Source: Utricularia gibba
Lineage: Eukaryota > Plantae > Magnoliophyta
Length of the DNA stretch: 64,000 nucleotides
Assembly (NCBI GenBank): GCA_002189035.1
Contig: NEEC01000036.1
Coordinates: 14,583-78,582 of the forward strand
Reading direction: 5' to 3'
Part shown: one piece after another, positions 39,401-52,400 of the stretch
Layout of the letters: the number at the start of each line of letters is the position of its first letter
Position numbering within the stretch: position 1 is the first letter of the stretch
Program-made: the position numbers and the translations under genes
Notes under the pieces: model-generated
Told to the model about the DNA's origin: nothing
The model's input: only the letters and a program-made list of their open reading frames with translations
The model's database searches: none

Positions 39401-39729
39401 TGAAAAAATCATGTGGGGTGCAACACAAATGCATCATTATTTTCGTCGACTCGCACCCGGTTGGGCTCATGAGCCGGACCGAACGCAGCGCCGGACCAAG
39501 TGCCCAGTGAGAGTGGCTTCCTTGAAAAACCTTGTAGGAAGCCCCTGAAAACCGAACGTTAATAAGTGCATCGCTTTAGTTGCCAGGCTACAACTAACTT
39601 TCGGCCCTAACCCAACCTGACCTTTGTCCCGTTCTAGGTGCCCCCAAGACCGCCTCCTCAAGTATAAAGTAAGTTGTTGAAAAAATCATGTGGGGTGCAC
39701 GTGACATCTTACTTTAAACAAATGCATCA

Positions 39730-42700
39730 TTATTTTCAAACATTGTTTTTGAAAAACCTTGTAGGAAGCCCCTGAAAACCGAACGTTAATAAGTGCATCG
39801 CTTTAGTTGCCAGGCTACAACTAACTTTCGGCCCTAACCCAACCTGACCTTTGTCGCAACCGAACGTGTTGGGCTCGCTTTGTGCCCAGTGAGAGCTAGG
39901 TGCCCCGAGAGAGTAACCTGACCTTTGTCCCTTTAACCTTGCATGTGACTCCTGAAGTGACATAAGTTGTCATCGCTTTAGTTGCCAGGCTACAACTAAC
40001 TTTCGGCCCTAACCCAACCTGACCTTGTCCCGTTCTAGGTGCCCCCAAGACCGCCTCCTCAAGTATAAAGTAAGTTGTTGAAAAAATCATGTGGGGTGCA
40101 CGTGACATCTACTTTAAACAAATGCATCATTATTTTCGTCGACTCGCACCGGTTGGGCTCATGAGTGCGCCGGACCAAGTAGCCCAAGTGCGAGTGCAGA
40201 GTGACAAGTAACAAAAGTGAGAATCCTTGAGAAGTTGTTCCTTGAAAAACCTGTAGGAAGCCCCTGAAAACCGAACGTTAATAAGTGCATCGCTTTAGTT
40301 GCCAGGCTACAACTAACTTTCGCCCTAACCAACCTGACCTTGTCCCGTTCTAGGTGCCCCCAAGACCGCCTCCTCAAGTATAAAGTAGTTGTTGAAAAAA
40401 TCATGTGGGGTGCACGTGACATCTTACTTTAAACAAATGCATCCCGCCAGGCTGCCCAACTAACTTTCGGCCCCGAACCCAACCTATAAAGTAAGTTGTT
40501 GAAAAAATCATGTGGGGTGCACGTGACATCTTACTTTAAACAAATGCATCATTATTTTCGTCGACTCGCACCCGGTTGGGCTCATGAGCCGGACCGAACG
40601 TGCCCAGCCCACGAGACCGCCTCCCTCAAGTATAAAGAGTGCAGCCGTTGAAAAAATCATGTGGGGTGCACGTGACATCTTACTTAAACAAATGCATCAT
40701 TATTTTCGTCGACTCGCACCCGGTTGGGCTCATGAGCCGGACCGAACCCACTGAAAAACCGAACAAGTTAATAAGTGCATCGCTTTAGTTGCCAGGCTAC
40801 AACTAACTTTCGGCCCTAACCCAACCTGACCCGACCCGTTCTAACCCCAGACGTCCTCCTTGAAAAGTTGTAAGTAGAAGCCCCTGAAAACCGAACGTTA
40901 ATAAGTGCATCGCTTCATGTTGCCAGGTGCTACATCACTTCTTACTTTAAACAAATGCATCATTATTTTCGTCGACTCGCACCTAACCGGCTGATGAGCC
41001 GGACCGAACGCCCGTTCCGGACCAAGCCCCCAAGACCCAGTGCTCAAGTATAAAGTAAGTTGTTGAAAAAATCATGGGGGTGCACGTGACATCTTACTTT
41101 AAACAAATGCATCATTATTTTCGTCGACTCGCACCCGTTGGCTCATGAGCCGGACCGAACGCAGCGCCGGACCAAGTGCCAGTGAGAGTGGCCGACACAA
41201 AACGAGAAGTTGTTCCTTGAAAACCTTGTAGGAAGCCCCTGAAAACCGAACGTTAATAAGTGCATCGCTTTAGTTGCCAGGCTACAACTAACTTTCGGCC
41301 CTAACCCAACCTGACCTTTGTCCCGTTCTAGTGCCCCCAAGACCGCCTCCTCAAGTATAAAGTAAGTTGTTGAAAAAATCATGTGGGGTGCACGTGACAT
41401 CTTACTTTAAACAAATGCATCATTATTTTCGTCGACTCGCACCGGTTGGGCTCATGAGCCGGACCGAACGCAGCGCCGGACCAAGTGCCCAGTGAGAGTG
41501 GCCGACACAAAACGAGAAGTTGTTCCTTGAAAAACCTTGTAGGAAGCCCTGAAAACCGAACGTTAATAAGTGCATCGCTTCATGTTGCCAGGTGCTACAT
41601 CACTTCTTACTTTAAACAAATGCATCATTATTTTCGTCGACTCGCACCCGGTTGGGCTCATGAGCCGGACCGAACGCAGCGCCGGTGACCTTGCCCAGTG
41701 AGAGTTCCGAGGTGAGAAGACCGCCTCCTCAAGTATAAAAGTGTTGAAAAAATCATGTGGGTGCACGTGACATCTTACTTTAAACAAATGCATCATTATT
41801 TTCGTCGACTCGCACCCGGTTGGGCTCATGAGCCGGACCGAACGCAGCGCCGGACCAAGTGCCCAGTGAGAGTGGCCGACACAAACGACGAGAATTGTGC
41901 ATCCTTTAAAAACCTTGTCCCAGGAAGCCGCCTGAAAACCCAACCTGACCTTTGTCCCGTGCATCTTTAGTTGCCCCCAAGACTAACTTTCGGCCTCCTC
42001 ACCCAACCTATAAAGTAAGTTGTTGAAAAAATCATGTGGGGTGCACGTCCCGACTTCTTGGTGCCCCCCAAGAAATGCCGCCTCCTCAAGTTATAAATTT
42101 TAAGTCGTTGAACCCGAATCATGTGGGGTGCACGTGACATCTTACTTTAAACAAATGCATCATTATTTTCGTCGACTCGCACCCGGTTGGGCTCATGAGC
42201 CGGACCGAACGCAGCGCCGGACCAAGTGCCCAGTGAGAGTGGCCGACACAAAACGAGAAGTTGTTCCTTGAAAAACCTTGTAGGAAGCCCCTGAAAACCG
42301 AACGTTAATAAGTGCATCGCTTTAGTTGCCAGGCTACAACTAACTTTCGGCCCTAACCCAACCTGACCTTTGTCCGTTCTAGGTGCCCCCCAAGACCGCC
42401 TCAAGCAATAAAAAGTTGAGTTGTTGAAAAATCATGTGGGTGCACGTGACACTCTTACTTTAAACAAATGCATCATTATTTTCGTCGACTCGCACCGGTT
42501 GGCTCATGAGCCGGATGAGTGAGTGGCCGACACAAAACGAGAAGTTGTTCCTTGAAAAACCTTGTAGGAACCGGTTAATAAGTGCATCGCTTTAGTTGCC
42601 AGGCTACAACTAACTTTCGCAGCCCCGGACCAAGTGCCTGACCTTTGTCCAGGTGGCCCCCAAGCAACGAGAAGTTGTTCCTTGAAAAACCTTGTAGGAA

Positions 42701-43400
42701 GTAAGTTCCTTGAAAACCGAACGTTGGGGTAAGTGCATCGTGACATCTTACTTTAAACAAATGCATCATTATTTTCGTCGACTCGCACCCGGTTGGGCTC
42801 ATGAGCCGGACCGAACGCAGCGCCGGACCAAGTGCCCAGTGAGAGTGGCCGACACAAAACGAGAAGTTGTTCGAAAAACCTTGTAGGAACCCTAACCCAA
42901 CAAAACCGAACCCGTTAGGTGCCCCCAAGTACATCGCCTTAGCAAGTCCAGGCTAAGTAAGTTTGTTGAAAAAATAACCGATGTGGGGTGTCCCGTTTGA
43001 GGTGCCCCCAAGACCGCTCCTCAAGTATAAAGTAAGTTGTTGAAAAAATCATGTGGGGCACGTGACATCTTACTTTAATGCATCATTATTTTCGTCGACT
43101 CGCACCCGGTTGGGCTCATGAGCCGGACCGAACGCAGCGCCGGACCGTCCCAGTGAGAGTGGCCGGTTGGGCTCAACTGAGAACCGAACCAGCGCCGGAC
43201 CACCTTGTAGTGCCCAGTGAGAGTGGCCGACACAAACGACGAGAATTGTTCCTTGAAAAACCAGGCTGTAGGAAGCCCCTGAAAACAACCGACCTTAATA
43301 AGTTCATCGCTTTAGTTGCCAGGCTACAACTAACTTTCGGCCCCCCAAGAACCTGACCTTTGTCCCGTTCTAGGCCCCCAAGACCGCCTCCTCATGTGTA
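39730..43400. other. Longest scrambled zone, mosaics interleaved with a few near-intact units
   Basis: Repeated loss of period, with insertions, deletions and fragment shuffling. One near-intact unit is at about 42147-42404. Confidence 0.9.
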
Positions 43401-46400
43401 TAAAGTAAGTTGTTGAAAATACATGTGGGGTGCACGTGACATCTTACTTTAAACAAATGCATCATTATTTTCGTCGACTCGCACCCGGTTGGGCTCATGA
43501 GCCGGACCGAACGCAGCGCCGGACCAAGTGCCCAGTGAGAGTGGCCGACACAAAACGAGAAGTTGTTCCTTGAAAAACCTTGTAGGAAGCCCCTGAAAAC
43601 CGAACGTTAATAAGTGCATCGCTTTAGTTGCCAGGCTACAACTAACTTTCGGCCCTAACCCAACCTGACCTTTGTCCCGTTCTAGGTGCCCCCCAAGACC
43701 GCCTCCTCAAGTATAAAGTAAGTTGTTGAAAAAATCATGTGGGGTGCACGTGACATCTTACTTTAAACAAATGCATCATTATTTTCGTCGACTCGCAATG
43801 AGCCGGACCGAACGCAGCGCCGGACCAGTGCCCAGTGAGAGTGGCCGACACAAAACGAGAAGTTGTTCCTTGAAAAACCTTGTAGGAAGCCCTGAAAACC
43901 GAACGTTAATAAGTCGCTTTAGTTGCCAGGCTACAACTAACTTTCGGCGACCTTTGTCCCTTCTAAAGACCGCCTCCTCACATGTGGGTGCACGACATCT
44001 TACTTTAAACAAATGCATCATTATTTTCGTCGACTCGCTTGGGCTCATGAGCCGGACCGAACGCAGCGCCGGACCAAGTGCCCAGTGAGAGTGGCCGACA
44101 CAAAACGAGAAGTTGTTCCTTGAAAAACCTTGTAGGAAGCCCTGAAAACCGAACGTTAATAAGTGCATCGCTTTAGTTGCCAGGCTACAACTAACTTTCG
44201 GCCCTAACCCAACCTGACCTTTGTCCCGTTCTACCCCCCAAGACCGCCTCCTCAAGTATAAAGTAAGTTGTTGAAAAAATCATGTGGGGTGCACGTGACA
44301 TCTTACTTTAAACAAATGCATCATTATTTTCGTCGACTCGCACCCGGTTGGGCTCATGAGCCGACCGAACGCAACCAAGTGCCCAGTGAGAGTGGCCGAC
44401 ACAAAACGAGAAGTTGTTCCTTGAAAAACCTTGTAGGAAGCCCCTGAAAACCGAACGTTAATAAGTGCATCGCTTTAGTTGCCAGGCTACAACTAACTTT
44501 CGGCCCTAACCCAACCTGACCTTTGTCCCGTTCTAGGTGCCCCCAAGACCGCCTCCTCAAGTATAAAGTAAGTTGTTGAAAAAATCATGTGGGGTGCACG
44601 TGACATCTTACTTTAAACAAATGCATCATTATTTTCGTCGACTCGCACCCGGTTGGCTCATGAGCCGGACCGAACGCAGCGCCGGACCAAGTGCCCAGTG
44701 AGAGTGGCCGACACAAAACGAGAAGTTGTTCCTTGAAAAACCTTGTAGGAAGCCCCTGAAAACCGAACGTTAATAAGTGCATCGCTTTAGTTGCCAGGCT
44801 ACAACTAACTTTCGGCCCTAACCCAACCTGACCTTTGTCCCGTTCTAGGTGCCCCCAAGACCGCCTCCTCAAGTATAAAGTAAGTTGTTGAAAAAATCAT
44901 GTGGGGTGCACGTGACATCTTACTTTAAAAAATGCATCATTATTTTCGTCGACTCGCACATGAGCCGGACCGAACGCAGCGCCGGACCAAGTGCCCAGTG
45001 AGAGTGGCCGACACAAACGAGAAGTTGTTCCTTGAAAAACCTTGTAGGAAGCCCCTGAAAACCGAACGTTAAATCGCTTTAGTTGCCAGGCTACAACTAA
45101 CTTTCGGCCCTAACCCAACCTGACCTTGTCCCGTTCTAGGTGCCCCCAAGACCGCCTCCTCAAGTATAAGTAAGTTGTTGAAAAATCATGTGGGGTGCAC
45201 GTGACATCTTACTTTAAACAATGCATCATTATTTTCGTCGACTCGCACCCGGTTGGGCTCATGAGCCGGACCGAACGCAGCGCCGGACCAAGTGCCCAGT
45301 GAGAGTGGCCGACACAAAACGAGAAGTTGTTCCTTGAAAAACCTTGTAGGAAGCCCGAAAACCGAACGTTAATAAGTGCATCGCTTTAGTTGCCAGGCTA
45401 CAACTAACTTTCGGCCCTAACCCAACCTGACCTTTGTCCCGTTCTAGGTGCCCCCAAGACCGCCTCCTCAAGTATAAAGTAAGTTGTTGAAAAAATCATG
45501 TGGGTGCACGTGACATCTTACTTTAAACAAATGCATCATTATTTTCGTCGACTCGCACCCGGTTGGGCTCATGAGCCGGACCGAACGCAGCGCCGGACCA
45601 AGTGCCCAGTGAGAGTGGCCGACACAAAACGAGAAGTTGTTCCTTGAAAACCTTGTAGGAAGCCCCTGAAAACCGAACGTTAAAAGTGCATCGCTTTAGT
45701 TGCCAGGCTACAACTAACTTTCGGCCCTAACCCAACCTGACCTTTGTCCCTTCTAGGTGCCCCCAAGACCGCCTCCTCAAGTATAAAGTAAGTTGTTGAA
45801 AAATCATGTGGGGTGCACGTGACATCTTACTTTAACAAATGCATCATTTTTTCGTCGACTCGTTGGCTCATGAGCCGGACGAACGCAGCGCCGGACCAAG
45901 TGCCCCACAAAAACGAGAAGTTGTTCCTTGAAAAACCTTGTAGTGAAAACCGAACGTTAATAAGTGCATCGCTTTAGTTGCCAGGCTACAACTAACTTTC
46001 GGCCCTAACCCAACCTGACCTTTGTCCCGTTCTAGGTGCCCCCAATCCTCAAGTATAAAGTAAGTTGTTGAAAAAATCATGTGGGGTGCACGTGACATCT
46101 TACTTTAAACAAATGCATCATTATTTTCGTCGACTCGCACCGGTTGGGCTCATGAGCCGGACCGAACGCAGCGCCGGACCAAGTGCCGTGAGAGTGGCCG
46201 ACACAAAACGAGAAGTTGTTCCTTGAAAAACCTTGTAGGAAGCCCTGAAAACCGAACGTTAATAAGTGCATCGCTTTAGTTGCCAACAACTAACTTTCGG
46301 CCCTAACCCAACCTGACCTTTGTCCCGTTCTAGGTGCCCCCCAGACCGCCTCCTCAAGTATAAAGTAAGTTGTTGAAAAAATCATGTGGGTGCACGTGAC

Positions 46401-49400
46401 ATCTTACTTTAAACAAATGCATCATTATTTTCGTCGACTCGCACCCGTTGGGCTCATGAGCCCGAACGCAGCGCCGGACCAAGTGCCCAGTGAGAGTGGC
46501 CGACACAAACGAGAAGTTGTTCCTTGAAAAACCTTGTAGGAAGCCCCTGAAAACCGAACGTTAATAAGTGCATCGCTTTAGTTGCCAGGCTACAACTAAC
46601 TTTCGGCCCTAACCCAACCTGACCTTTGTCCCGTTCTAGGTGCCCCCATCCTCAAGTATAAAGTAAGTTGTTGAAAAAATCATGTGGGGTGCACGTGACA
46701 TCTTACTTTAAACAAATGCATCATTATTTTCGTCGACTCGCAATGAGCCGGACCGAACGCATGCCCCCGACACAAAACGAGAAGTTGTTCCTTGAAAAAC
46801 CTTGTAGGAAGCCCCTGAAAACCGAACGTTAATAAGTGCATCGCTTTAGTTGCCAGGCTACAACTAACTTTCGGCCCTAACCCAACCTGACCTTTGTCCC
46901 GTTCTAGGTGCCCCCAACCGCCTCCTCAAGTATAAAGTAAGTTGTTGAAAAAATCATGTGGGGCACGTGACATCTTACTTTAAACAAATGCATCATTATT
47001 TTCGTCGACTCGCACCCGGTTGGGCTCATGAGCCGGACCGAACGCAGCGCCGGACCAAGTGCCCAGTGAGAGTGGCCGACACAAAACGAGAAGTTGTTCC
47101 TTGAAAAACCTTGTAGGAAGCCCCTGAAAACCGAACGTTAATAAGTGCATCGCTTTAGTTGCCAGGCTACAACTAACTTTCGGCCCTAACCCAACCTGAC
47201 CTTTGTCCCGTTCTAGGTGCCCCCAAGACCGCCTCCTCAAGTATAAGTAAGTTGTTGAAAAATCATGTGGGGTGCACGTGACATCTTACTTTAAACAAAT
47301 GCATCATTATTTTCGTCGACTCGCACCCGGTTGGGCTCATGAGCCGGACCGAACGCAGCGCCGACCAAGTGCCCAGTGAGAGGCCGACACAAAACGAGAA
47401 GTTGTTCCTTGAAAACCTTGTAGGAAGCCCCTGAAAACCGAACGTTAATAAGTGCATCGCTTTAGTTGCCAGGCTACAACTAACTTTCGGCCCTAACCCA
47501 ACCTGACCTTTGTCCCGTTCTAGGTGCCCCCAAGACGCCTCCTCAAGTATAAAGTAAGTTGTTGAAAAAATCATGTGGGGTGCACGTGACATCTTACTTT
47601 AAACAAATGCATCATTATTTTCGTCGACTCGCACCGGTTGGCTCATGAGCCGGACCGAACGCAGCGCCGGACCAGTGCCCAGTGAGAGTGGCCGACACAA
47701 AACGAGAAGTTGTTCCTTGAAAACCTTGTAGGAAGCCCCTGAAAACCGAACGTTAATAAGTGCATCGCTTTAGTTGCCAGGCTACAACTAACTTTCGGCC
47801 CTAACCCAACCTGACCTTTGTCCCGTTCTAGGTGCCCCCAAGACCGCCTCCTCAAGTATAAAGTAAGTTGTTGAAAAAATCATGTGGGGTGCACGTGACA
47901 TCTTACTTTAAACAAATGCATCATTATTTTCGTCGACTCGCACCCGGTTGGGCTCATGAGCCGGACCGAACGCAGCGCCGGACCAAGTGCCCAGTGAGAG
48001 TGGCCGACACAAAACGAGAAGTTGTTCCTTGAAAAACCTTGTAGGAAGCCCCTGAAAACCGAACGTTAATAAGTGCATCGCTTTAGTTGCCAGGCTACAA
48101 CTAACTTTCGGCCCTAACCCAACCTGACCTTTGTCCCGTTCTAGGTGCCCCCCAAGACCGCCTCCTCAAGTATAAAGTAAGTTGTTGAAAAAATCATGTG
48201 GGGTGCACGTGACATCTTACTTTAAACAAATGCATCATTATTTTCGTCGACTCGCACCCGGTTGGGCTCATGAGCCGGACCGAACGCAGCGCCGGACCAA
48301 GTTAGAGTGGCCGACACAAAACGAGAAGTTGTTCCTTAAAACCTTGTAGGAAGCCCCTGAAAACCGAACGTTAATAAGTGCATCGCTTTAGTTGCCAGGC
48401 TACAACTACTTTCGGCCCTAACCCAACCTGACCTTTGTCCCGTTCTAGGTGCCCCCCAAGACCGCCTCCTCAAGTATAAAGTAAGTTGTTGAAAAAATCA
48501 TGTGGGGTGCACGTGACATCTTACTTTAAACAAATGCATCATTATTTTCGTCGACTCGCACCGGTTGGGCTCATGAGCCGGACCGAACGCAGCGCCGGAC
48601 CAAGTGCCCAGTGAGAGTGGCCGACACAAAACGAGAAGTTGTTCCTTGAAAAACCTTGTAGGAAGCCCCTGAAAACCGAACGTTAATAAGTGCATCGCTT
48701 TAGTTGCCAGGCTACAACTAACTTTCGGCCCTAACCCATCGCTTTAGTTGCCAGGCTGACCTTTGTCCCGTTCTAGGTGCCCCCAAGACCGCCTCCTCAA
48801 GTATAAAGTAAGTTGTTGAAAAAATCATGTGGGGTGCACGTGACATCTTACTTTAAACAAATGCATCATTATTTTCGTCGACTCGCACCCGGTTGGGCTC
48901 ATGAGCCGGACCGAACGCAGCGCCGGACCAAGTGCCCAGTGAGAGTGGCCGACACAAAACGAGAAGTTGTTCCTTGAAAAACCTTGTAGGAAGCCCCTGA
49001 AAACCGAACGTTAATAAGTGCATCGCTTTAGTTGCCAGGCTACAACTAACTTTCGGCCCTAACCCAACCTGACCTTTGTCCCGTTCTAGGTGCCCCCAAG
49101 ACCGCCTCCTCAAGTATAAAGTAAGTTGTTGAAAAAATCATGTGGGTGCACGTGACATCTTACTTTAAACAAATGCATCATTATTTTCGTCGACTCGCAC
49201 CCGGTTGGGCTCATGAGCCGGACCGAACGCAGCGCCGGACCAAGTGCCCAGTGAGAGTGGCCGACACAAAACGAGAAGTTGTTCCTTGAAAAACCTTGTA
49301 GGAAGCCCCTGAAAACCGAACGTTAATAAGTGCATCGCTTTAGTTGCCAGGCTACAACTAACTTTCGGCCCTAACCCAACCTGACCTTTGTCCCGTTCTA

Positions 49401-52400
49401 GGTGCCCCCCAAGACCGCCTCCTCAAGTATAAAGTAAGTTGTTGAAAAAATCATGTGGGGTGCACGTGACATCTTACTTTAAACAAATGCATCATTATTT
49501 TCGTCGACTCGCACCCGGTTGGGCTCATGAGCCGGACCGAACGCAGCGCCGGACCAAGTGCCCAGTGAGAGTGGCCGACACAAAACGAGAAGTTGTTCCT
49601 TGAAAAACCTTGTAGGAAGCCCCTGAAAACCGAACGTTAATAAGTGCATCGCTTTAGTTGCCAGGCTACAACTAACTTTCGGCCCTAACCCAACCTGACC
49701 TTTGTCCCGTTCTAGGTGCCCCCAAGACCGCCTCCTCAAGTATAAAGTAAGTTGTTGAAAAAATCATGTGGGGTGCACGTGACATCTTACTTTAAACAAA
49801 TGCATCATTATTTTCGTCGACTCGCACCCGGTTGGGCTCATGAGCCGGACCGAACGCAGCGCCGGACCAAGTGCCCAGTGAGAGTGGCCGACACAAAACG
49901 AGAAGTTGTTCCTTGAAAAACCTTGTAGGAAGCCCCTGAAAACCGAACGTTAATAAGTGCATCGCTTTAGTTGCCAGGCTACAACTAACTTTCGGCCCTA
50001 ACCCAACCTGACCTTTGTCCCGTTCTAGGTGCCCCCCAAGACCGCCTCCTCAAGTATAAAGTAAGTTGAAAAAAATCATGTGGGGTGCACGTGACATCTT
50101 ACTTTAAACAAATGCATCATTATTTTCGTCGACTCGCACCCGGTTGGGCTCATGAGCCGGACCGAACGCAGCGCCGGACCAAGTGCCCAGTGAGAGTGGC
50201 CGACACAAAACGAGAAGTTGTTCCTTGAAAAAGGAAGCCCTGAAAACCGAACGTTTTGTCCCGTTCTAGGTGCCCCCCAAGACCGCCTCCTCAAGTATGT
50301 GGGGTGCACGGAAGCCCTGAAAACCGAACGTTAATAAGTGCATCGCTGAAAACCGAACGTTAATAAGTGCATCGCTTTAGTTGCCAGGCTACAACTAACT
50401 TTCGGCCCTAACCCAACCTGACCTTTGTCCCGTTCTAGGTGCCCCCAAGACCGCCTCCTCAAGTATAAAGTAAGTTGTTGAAAAAATCATGTGGGGTGCA
50501 CGTGACATCTTACTTTAAACAAATGCATCATTATTTTCGTCGACTCGCACCGGTTGGGCTCATGAGCCGGACCGAACGCAGCGCCGGACCAAGTGCCCAG
50601 AGAGTGGCCGACACAAAACGAGAAGTTGTTCCTTGAAAAACCTTGTAGGAAGCCCCTGAAAACCGAACGTTAATAAGTGCATCGCTTTAGTTGCCAGGCT
50701 ACAACTAACTTTCGGCCCTAACCCAACCTGACCTTTGTCCCGTTCTAGGTGCCCCCAAGACCGCCTCCTCAAGTATAAAGTAAGTTGTTGAAAAAATCAT
50801 GTGGGGTGCACGTGACATCTTACTTTAAACAAATGCATCATTATTTTCGTCGACTCGCACCCGGTTGGGCTCATGAGCCGGACCGAACGCAGCGGACCAA
50901 GTGCCCAGTGAGAGTGGCCGACACAAAACGAGAAGTTGTTCCTTGAAAAACCTTGTAGGAAGCCCCTGAAAACCGAACGTTAATAAGTGCATCGCTTTAG
51001 TTGCCAGGCTACAACTAACTTTCGGCCCTAACCCAACCTGACCTTTGTCCCGTTCTAGGTGCCCCCCAAGACCGCCTCCTCAAGTATAAAGTAAGTTGTT
51101 GAAAAAAGGGGGTGCACGTGACATCTTACTTTAAACAAATGCATCATTATTTTCGTCGACTCGCACCGGTTGGGCTCATGAGCCGGACCGAACGCAGCGC
51201 CGGACCAAGTGCCCAGTGAGAGTGGCCGACACAAAACGAGAAGTTGTTCCTTGAAAAACCTTGTAGGAAGCCCCTGAAAACCGAACGTTAATAAGTGCAT
51301 CGCTTTAGTTGCCAGGCTACAACTAACTTTCGCCCTAACCCAACCTGACCTTTGTCCCGTTCTAGGTGCCCCCCAAGACCGCCTCCTCAAGTATAAAGTA
51401 AGTTGTTGAAAAAATCATGTGGGGTGCACGTGACATCTTACTTTAAACAAATGCATCATTATTTTCGTCGACTCGCACCCGGTTGGGCTCATGAGCCGGA
51501 CCGAACGCAGCGCGGACCAAGTGCCCAGTGAGAGTGGCCGACACAAAACGAGAAGTTGTTCCTTGAAAAACCTTGTAGGAAGCCCCTGAAAACCGAACGT
51601 TAATAAGTGCATCGCTTTAGTTGCCAGGCTACAACTAACTTTCGGCCCTAACCCAACCTGACCTTTGTCCCGTTCTAGGTGCCCCCCAAGACCGCCTCCT
51701 CAAGTATAAAGTAAGTTGTTGAAAAAATCATGTGGGGTGCACGTGACATCTTACTTTAAACAAATGCATCATTATTTTCGTCGACTCGCACCGGTTGGGC
51801 TCATGAGCCGGACCGAACGCAGCGCCGGACCAAGTGCCCAGTGAGAGTGGCCGACACAAAACGAGAAGTTGTTCCTTGAAAAACCTTGTAGGAAGCCCCT
51901 GAAAACCGAACGTTAATAAGTGCATCGCTTTAGTTGCCAGGCTACAACTAACTTTCGGCCCTAACCCAACCTGACCTTTGTCCCGTTCTAGGTGCCCCCA
52001 AGACCGCCTCCTCAAGTATAAAGTAAGTTGTTGAAAAAATCATGTGGGGTGCACGTGACATCTTACTTTAAACAAATGCATCATTTTTCGTCGACTCGCA
52101 CCCGGTTGGGCTCATGAGCCGGACCGAACGCAGCGCCGGACCAAGTGCCCAGTGAGAGTGGCCGACACAAAACGAGAAGTTGTTCCTTGAAAAACCTTGT
52201 AGGAAGCCCCTGAAAACCGAACGTTAATAAGTGCATCGCTTTAGTTGCCAGGCTACAACTAACTTTCGGCCCTAACCCAACCTGACCTTTGTCCCGTTCT
52301 AGGTGCCCCCAAGACCGCCTCCTCAAGTATAAAGTAAGTTGTTGAAAAAATCATGTGGGGTGCACGTGACATCTTACTTTAAACAAATGCATCATTATTT

